DNA of 64,000 bases from a virus: IMG/VR virus record IMGVR_UViG_3300034102_002265, positions 12,699 through 76,698 of that record; one strand, given 5' to 3'. Position 1 is the stretch's first letter; each line of letters starts with the position of its first letter. Shown one piece after another: positions 59,023-64,000 of the stretch. The position numbers and the translations under genes were made by a program. The notes beneath the pieces are model-generated. The model was not told the origin of the DNA, ran no database searches, and worked only from the letters and a program-made list of their open reading frames with translations.

Positions 59023-59262
59023 TTACCACTTTTTACCGTAAGTTGGCTCAGTGCCATATTCCCAATCATCGTAATCTTCAGCATTACGAATTTTTTCATG
59101 AAGGTCTGTTTGTTTTTTTAAATCATGATGAGGTGCTGAATCATGCATGACTTCTTGAATGACTCTTTTTTGAGGATTTGCCCCATAATCTGTAACCAAT
59201 TTTGTGGTTCCCCACATTTTATGCATGTAATTTGAGTCTCTATCTACGGATAAGTTTGACAT
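59023..59262 (-). CDS. Hypothetical protein
   Basis: 79-aa ORF with a strong AGGAG RBS. Confidence 0.65.
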   Translation of the reverse strand: MSNLSVDRDSNYMHKMWGTTKLVTDYGANPQKRVIQEVMHDSAPHHDLKKQTDLHEKIRNAEDYDDWEYGTEPTYGKKW

Positions 59263-59268
59263 TTTAGC

Positions 59269-59312
59269 TCCTGATTTGAAAAATCAGAACTTTTTACGGG
59301 GTTGCTATCCCG
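59269..59312 (-). promoter_or_regulatory. Two-hairpin 5' leader whose second stem occludes the RBS
   Basis: Minus strand CGGG-AUAGCAAC-CCCG UAAAAAG UUCUGAUUU-UUC-AAAUCAGGA G CUAAA AUG. The 9-bp stem (one G-U pair) includes the AGGA of the Shine-Dalgarno. Confidence 0.5.
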
Positions 59313-59333
59313 AAATGTCAAAAATTTTTAATT

Positions 59334-59801
59334 TTACTCGTCTTCTGTGGTTTTTTCTGCGTATTTGAGGTCATCTCCAAGAATTTCTTTAAGATATTCT
59401 TCAGTCCAATAAGTATAATATTCCGTTTGCATCAATTTTTTACGAATTCCACTCAATTTTTTCTTGGATTGGCACAAAATTAAGTTATATTTCTCATTAT
59501 TTGTCTTTACTCCACTTATAAAAGTATCTCTAGAGGACAAATCTTCGAAAAATTTGTAATATTGAAACTTTTCATTGTAATGTGAGACCCATGTTTGAAC
59601 TTGATCAGGTCTCCAGAAGTCCTCAATAATAAAAATGATGACATCATGACCTGGTTCAGGCACAATGTCATCAATACTGGTCTCTACAATTAAAGTTTTT
59701 GAATTTTGAGCATATGGACAAACTGCAAATCCACCTAATTCAGGTCGATTCTTGGAGACTTCTCCAATCCATTTGCGAATATATGCTTCTTTTTCTGACA
59801 T
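59334..59801 (-). CDS. Hypothetical protein (DUF1415-like CPYA motif)
   Basis: IRKWI..VS....LGGFAVCPYA. The true start is probably MSEKEAY at 59801, because the track's extension overlaps a better ORF. Confidence 0.6.
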   Translation of the reverse strand: MSEKEAYIRKWIGEVSKNRPELGGFAVCPYAQNSKTLIVETSIDDIVPEPGHDVIIFIIEDFWRPDQVQTWVSHYNEKFQYYKFFEDLSSRDTFISGVKTNNEKYNLILCQSKKKLSGIRKKLMQTEYYTYWTEEYLKEILGDDLKYAEKTTEDE

Positions 59802-59802
59802 A

Positions 59803-59958
59803 TCATCCTGCAGCGAGTGGAGAAGCAGGATTTGGTTTGGAAGGTGCAACTGTTCCTGCGTTTGCAGCTACATCATAACCAAAAACATTTGCAGTTTCTG
59901 GTGCTGCTGCAGGAGCATCTGCCTCGGATGGACCTACTTTTGGTGTTGTTTCAGACAT
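59803..59958 (-). CDS. Small Ala/Pro-rich hypothetical protein (51 aa, absent from the track)
   Basis: Read manually: MSETTPKVGPSEADAPAAAPETANVFGYDVAANAGTVAPSKPNPASPLAAG. A late promoter CTAAATA lies at 59984-59990. Confidence 0.6.
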   Translation of the reverse strand: MSETTPKVGPSEADAPAAAPETANVFGYDVAANAGTVAPSKPNPASPLAAG

Positions 59959-60006
59959 CTCTTTAAAAAATTATTGCTGAAATTATTTAGACTCTTTCAT
60001 TTACTT

Positions 60007-60159
60007 TTATTTGCCTTGTCCACGATATGGTTTCCTAGCCTTATTGCGACTAGTTGCGGCATACTTAGTTCCATTTCCCATCCCCTGTCGAGTGAGTTTT
60101 GGTTTTCCGGGAATATAACCAGTATTCTTATTCAACCCACCTTTTACTTTTACTGCCAT
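60007..60159 (-). CDS. Small highly basic protein (50 aa, absent from the track)
   Basis: Read manually: MAVKVKGGLNKNTGYIPGKPKLTRQGMGNGTKYAATSRNKARKPYRGQGK, with a GAGG RBS. Confidence 0.72.
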   Translation of the reverse strand: MAVKVKGGLNKNTGYIPGKPKLTRQGMGNGTKYAATSRNKARKPYRGQGK

Positions 60160-60228
60160 TTTTAATACCTCACGATTGGTTTAGTTTATGCGCCGAAATT
60201 GACTTCGAACGCGCTAGAAATCAGATAA

Positions 60229-60981
60229 TCAGAGAATACGAGTCTTTTCGTGACCCACACGAATCTTCGGATCACACCAGATCTCAAAGCCTGCTTCTTT
60301 AGCATCAAGACAGAATGATACGTCTTCGCCACACATATCTTGAACTTCCCCAGAGTCAAATACTTGCATCTTAGGCGCGAACCAGGGGTACTCCAGAGAC
60401 TCGAAAACACCATGCTTGATAAGTACCCACCCAAACCCAGTATAGTCCACTGTGAAGGGTTTCCGGCGTTTACTCATGGTCTCACCGGTCTCATGGTTCA
60501 TGACTCCACCATTGTTCTTAAAGTCATCTTCTTCAAGCCAATGAGCAACAGAGGTCGTATGGCCATCTTCAGTCATATACCAACCAGCTGCAATATCCTT
60601 ATCCATTGCAACGAGACGATAGAACTTCTCGGTATCAAACACAATATCATTATCAATCCAGAGTTGATAATCGTACTTCAGTTTACCATCCCAGGGAATC
60701 TGTTTTGGACCACGAAGAACATTTGCTCCAAGAACTTTGCAACGTGCAAAGTTAACCATAGAAGAATAATCTTGGGAGATTTGAATACTTGCACCATTTT
60801 GGACAAGATCAAAACAAAGTTGTACAAATGATTTTAGAAAAGTATAAGAACAACCACGACCAGGAAGACAGAAGATAATTGATTTGCCGCGAATCGTCTC
60901 TTTCACAGCTTCAATATCAAACTCATCCTCAGTCTTTTTTGGAGTTGGTGCTGTAGCTTTAATTGTAAATCCTTTAGACAT
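60229..60981 (-). CDS. GT-A/GT2-like glycosyltransferase family protein
   Basis: VNFARCK, DxD motif LWIDNDIVF, VDYTGFGWVLIK.GVFE, GEDVSFC and IWCDP.IRVGHEK. Confidence 0.75.
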   Translation of the reverse strand: MSKGFTIKATAPTPKKTEDEFDIEAVKETIRGKSIIFCLPGRGCSYTFLKSFVQLCFDLVQNGASIQISQDYSSMVNFARCKVLGANVLRGPKQIPWDGKLKYDYQLWIDNDIVFDTEKFYRLVAMDKDIAAGWYMTEDGHTTSVAHWLEEDDFKNNGGVMNHETGETMSKRRKPFTVDYTGFGWVLIKHGVFESLEYPWFAPKMQVFDSGEVQDMCGEDVSFCLDAKEAGFEIWCDPKIRVGHEKTRIL

Positions 60982-61004
60982 AAAATTAGAATTGCAACGT
61001 TATC

Positions 61005-61033
61005 ATTCTACCACCACAAGTCAATTCATGCAA
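61005..61033 (-). promoter_or_regulatory. Sigma70-type (early/middle) promoter
   Basis: Minus strand TTGCAT-N17-TAGAAT with an extended -10 TG, 23 nt upstream of the GT2-like start codon. Confidence 0.55.
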
Positions 61034-61061
61034 TGGTTTCTGGTGTATTTAGAAGAAAAAT

Positions 61062-61211
61062 TTAAATGCAATCTTCTTCAATTTTAGCCAATAAATCTTC
61101 AATTTCATTTTTGAGAGATGCATTAATCACTAGAATCTTATCAGTATCTAAACGATGCTGAAGACAATCAATTAATAGATCTTTTTCTTGGTAATCTAAT
61201 TTGAGATCCAT
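61062..61211 (-). CDS. Small hypothetical protein (49 aa, absent from the track)
   Basis: Read manually: MDLKLDYQEKDLLIDCLQHRLDTDKILVINASLKNEIEDLLAKIEEDCI, with a GAGGA RBS. An alternative start lies at 61232. Confidence 0.55.
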   Translation of the reverse strand: MDLKLDYQEKDLLIDCLQHRLDTDKILVINASLKNEIEDLLAKIEEDCI

Positions 61212-61258
61212 ATATTCCTCTATTATATCCATTTTCAAAAATTATATATGATTTTTAA

Positions 61259-61858
61259 TTATTCTCCAATATATCTAGCAATAGATCCAACGTATCTACC
61301 TGGTTTAATGATATCTTTTGTAACATTGCTAAATGCACCTATTGTCACATGATTAGTAATACTTATATTATTAATTGTAGAAGACTTAAATCCGAAGGTA
61401 CAATATTCTCCAATAAATGTTCTTCCTGCAAGTAACGTTCCACCATGTATCACAGAACCTTTACCTATTTCGCCATGGTGTGAAAGTAGACAATAACATT
61501 CGATCCAACAATGATTTTTAACTTCAGAGTGATATGTTGCAGTACTAAACGCGCCTATGAACACTCCCTTACCTATCTTACATGAATCAAAAAGGACAGA
61601 AGAATCATGTATATAAGTCACACAATCCAAATCCAAATCATCAATCATATCACAGACTACTTTCCTCAGATTCATATCCAAAGAAAATCCAACAAAATAT
61701 TGATAATCAGATTTATTTTTTAATTCTAAAAATACTTCAGGAGTGATGATTTCAATTTCATTTTTACTTTCCAATGAAAACCATTGCAAAGCACCATCAG
61801 TCATTGAAGACTGTGAATAACCAATAATTTTAATTGGTTTATTATTTTCAATAATCAT
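61259..61858 (-). CDS. Sugar O-acetyltransferase, NeuD/PglD-like (left-handed beta-helix)
   Basis: Hexapeptide repeats (IGKGVFIG, IGKGSVIH, IGEYCTFG, IGAFSNVTKDI..PGRYVGSIAR) after a short N-terminal domain. Confidence 0.8.
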   Translation of the reverse strand: MIIENNKPIKIIGYSQSSMTDGALQWFSLESKNEIEIITPEVFLELKNKSDYQYFVGFSLDMNLRKVVCDMIDDLDLDCVTYIHDSSVLFDSCKIGKGVFIGAFSTATYHSEVKNHCWIECYCLLSHHGEIGKGSVIHGGTLLAGRTFIGEYCTFGFKSSTINNISITNHVTIGAFSNVTKDIIKPGRYVGSIARYIGE

Positions 61859-62983
61859 CTATTTTTTCGTAAAAGAAACTCCAAAATGTGTTAAAGACTT
61901 TTTAATTTTTTCATGATTAAAGATTTTTTGATACTCTCCATCATGAATAATATCATTCATTTTATCACAATTATCTTGAAATCTTTTTTCATTATCATAC
62001 CATAGTTCTCTGATATTTGTTGAACCATCTAATAGATGTCGATTTCGATCAATTGCAGCTCCAAGTCTTTCAAAGTGATCTTCAATTTCATCATAACTAT
62101 GATCAACAATATCTTCAAAGATATCTACATCAAAAAGTTTTTTCATCTCTTTAGACATTCCAACTCCATTAATATAAATTGGAAAGTTTTTGCCGTAGAT
62201 AGATTGCATTTCTTTTTCACTTAGAACTGGTGTTCTCTCAAAGAACATTGTTCCGGTTATAATTTCAACTCCAATTCTTTCATAGATTGGTAATAGATTA
62301 GTGTTATAATTATGTGATACTCTTAGATCATTTTGATCGAATTTAGCTATTTTTACTCGATTAAATTCTTTCGATTTAAATTTAACTAATCCTTTCGCAA
62401 AACTACTTCGAAGTTGATAACTCGGTATCTTTGTGATGTTTCTGTATTGATCATATCTTGCAAGTGGTGGAGTATCCATATCAAAAGAAAAGAAACCATT
62501 CTGATGGTAATCTGTTGATAACAAATAACAAATAGTTAACACTCGATGTAGTTTTGTATTCGAGTTAAATGATACCCATCTATTTGTTAGATCTCTCTTT
62601 TCGCAAGGAGTCCAATCTTCAGAAAAACTTGTAGGTATAAAAGTATCCAAATATAAATTTGGAATTTCTACTTCTCTTTGAAGATTTAAATGCGGACAAG
62701 AAACTATAAAGTTTTGCTCCGGATGATCCTCGCAAAATTTAATAAGACTTTCAATATCAACATTATCTTCCGTATTAATTATAGTGTCGATGATGTTTAA
62801 AATTACAACTCGACTCTTAAAGTTAATTCGATATAAGTCATCAAAACTTGTTGCTTCACCATAAGGAGAAAAAACAAATTGATAACATTCAATCTCCTCA
62901 TCAACTTCATGTTCATCAAAAAACCCTTCAAGCATTTGGTTAAAAGGTACGCCCGGAATTGAAGATAATGTTTTAATTTCCAT
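61859..62983 (-). CDS. Hypothetical protein, possibly glycan-related
   Basis: 374 aa with HRV..., IIT.T.F......SEK and FEDIVDHSYDEI...ERL motifs typical of cyanophage accessory-island proteins. Confidence 0.55.
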   Translation of the reverse strand: MEIKTLSSIPGVPFNQMLEGFFDEHEVDEEIECYQFVFSPYGEATSFDDLYRINFKSRVVILNIIDTIINTEDNVDIESLIKFCEDHPEQNFIVSCPHLNLQREVEIPNLYLDTFIPTSFSEDWTPCEKRDLTNRWVSFNSNTKLHRVLTICYLLSTDYHQNGFFSFDMDTPPLARYDQYRNITKIPSYQLRSSFAKGLVKFKSKEFNRVKIAKFDQNDLRVSHNYNTNLLPIYERIGVEIITGTMFFERTPVLSEKEMQSIYGKNFPIYINGVGMSKEMKKLFDVDIFEDIVDHSYDEIEDHFERLGAAIDRNRHLLDGSTNIRELWYDNEKRFQDNCDKMNDIIHDGEYQKIFNHEKIKKSLTHFGVSFTKK

Positions 62984-62988
62984 CTTAG

Positions 62989-63576
62989 TTAAAAATGTTT
63001 TTGATAGACTTCTTCTTCATTTGATAATCTCATAGTAAGTAAAATTCTTGGTAGGTTATCATTTAAAATCTCAACTCCATGAAGTTGCTTGACATTGTTC
63101 AATGTCGGAACATCTAAAATATATCTATCAATTTCATGACAATCATTCGAATCAAAACTCCAACCAGATACTCCCGACTTATATGAATTAAATACTGCCT
63201 CTACATTCTCATGATTCTTTTCATAGAAAATCGTTGCTGCGCTCTCTCCATTTAAAATTGGCCAGTGCAGTCGAATTCTTCGTTTTATTGAATTATCTCC
63301 ATCTGTATGTATTGGAATCTGGTCAATACCGTCGATGTATACCAAGGCCATTAGAATAACTTCACTACCAAGTTCTCTTCGAATGCCTTCGAATAATTCA
63401 GGAATATCTTCTTTAAATTTTTTAAGGTTCTCGTCAGATACAAAATTAAAAGAAACTTTCTCAGAAAATTTTTCCTCAGATGCCTTCACATCCTCAGTTA
63501 CAAACTTTGTGATATATGAAACTATTTTATCCTGTATTTGTTGGAAATCATCAATATTCAATTTCTTATAAAACAT
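62989..63576 (-). CDS. Putative 2OG-Fe(II)/cupin-fold oxygenase-like protein
   Basis: HxD (IHTDG), a distal His (QLHGV) and a following Arg (PRILLTMR). Confidence 0.55.
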   Translation of the reverse strand: MFYKKLNIDDFQQIQDKIVSYITKFVTEDVKASEEKFSEKVSFNFVSDENLKKFKEDIPELFEGIRRELGSEVILMALVYIDGIDQIPIHTDGDNSIKRRIRLHWPILNGESAATIFYEKNHENVEAVFNSYKSGVSGWSFDSNDCHEIDRYILDVPTLNNVKQLHGVEILNDNLPRILLTMRLSNEEEVYQKHF

Positions 63577-63595
63577 CTCAATCGACCTAAAAAAG

Positions 63596-63602
63596 TATTT
63601 AT
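63596..63602 (-). promoter_or_regulatory. Late promoter ATAAATA heading the oxygenase/acetyltransferase block
   Basis: 19 nt upstream of the start codon at 63576. Confidence 0.6.
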
Positions 63603-63844
63603 GGCCGGCAAAAAAAAATTTTGATTACTTGAAGCTTTATGAGCGCTTTTTGGGGTCGTTATAGATTAGGGTAGTGAGCGGTTTTTGAAACGGGGGGCCA
63701 CCGCGCCCCGCGCCGACACAAACCGCACGCCACATAACTGCTCAAACTGTCATAAGTACACGACAACCGCTGCTCCTTCTCTCACGAATTCGTGCCCCCC
63801 TCCAACTGCTCATAAGCCTCAGAGGGGGACACACTTCGAACACC

Positions 63845-64000
63845 TCAGCCACTGGTCTTGAAGTAAGCAGCATCATTGCCCTGAATCACAGCATTCTGTG
63901 CATGTGTGGCATGTCCGCTGTATGCTTGACCACGACGGTTAGTGTTAGTCCGAGGGCCATTCGTGCGGCTCATGAGTAGTTCAGATTTCCGAGCCTTACG
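63845..64000 (-). CDS. C-terminal part of a basic hypothetical protein (truncated by the window edge)
   Basis: Open frame RKARKSELLMSRTNGPRTNTNRRGQAYSGHATHAQNAVIQGNDAAYFKTSG followed by a stop. Confidence 0.5.
   Translation of the reverse strand, partial: RKARKSELLMSRTNGPRTNTNRRGQAYSGHATHAQNAVIQGNDAAYFKTSG

Noticed and set aside
59802-59849. Track start (59849) for the DUF1415-like ORF
   Set aside because: The extension overlaps a separate 51-aa ORF (59803-59958) that ends just before the ATG at 59801.
163-63571. The many 60-160 aa plus-strand and nested alternative-frame ORFs in the track (for example 163-537, 3779-4105, 26967-27353, 47141-47533, 59752-60165, 60340-60831)
   Set aside because: They lie antisense to or inside well-supported genes and show no recognisable motifs, so they are treated as shadow ORFs. 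Only 13237-14031 is accepted on the plus strand.
63603-64000. tRNA or other known structured RNA in the GC-rich end
   Set aside because: No cloverleaf with properly spaced D and T arms could be built by eye.

Overview
This window is the virion morphogenesis region of a large T4-like cyanomyophage (Kyanoviridae-like; AT-rich, with almost every gene on the minus strand). Read in transcription order (right to left), it holds an accessory block (2OG-Fe(II)-like oxygenase, O-acetyltransferase, GT2-like protein, several small ORFs), then baseplate genes gp25, gp6, a very large gp7 and gp8. These are followed by a VrlC/DUF4815-type structural protein, several fibre or structural proteins, and two Cys/Gly-rich paralogues. 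Next comes an apparently complete nucleotide-heptose synthesis, transfer and carbamoylation cassette, then gp13-gp16, a modular putative internal-head polyprotein, an NblA-like small ORF missed by the ORF track, gp17-gp20 and the start of gp21. T4-type late promoters (ATAAATA/CTAAATA) precede most units, including the heptose cassette. The strongest candidate for an undescribed system is a late-expressed virion protein glycosylation pathway. It would combine (carbamoyl-)heptose synthesis with an atypical GT9 transferase, and a short G-[IVLF]-[GAST]-[ST] motif recurs across nearly all structural proteins and may be its sequon. All assignments come from motif recognition by eye, with no database searches. 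I saw no tRNA, rRNA, CRISPR array, intron, intein or transposase.
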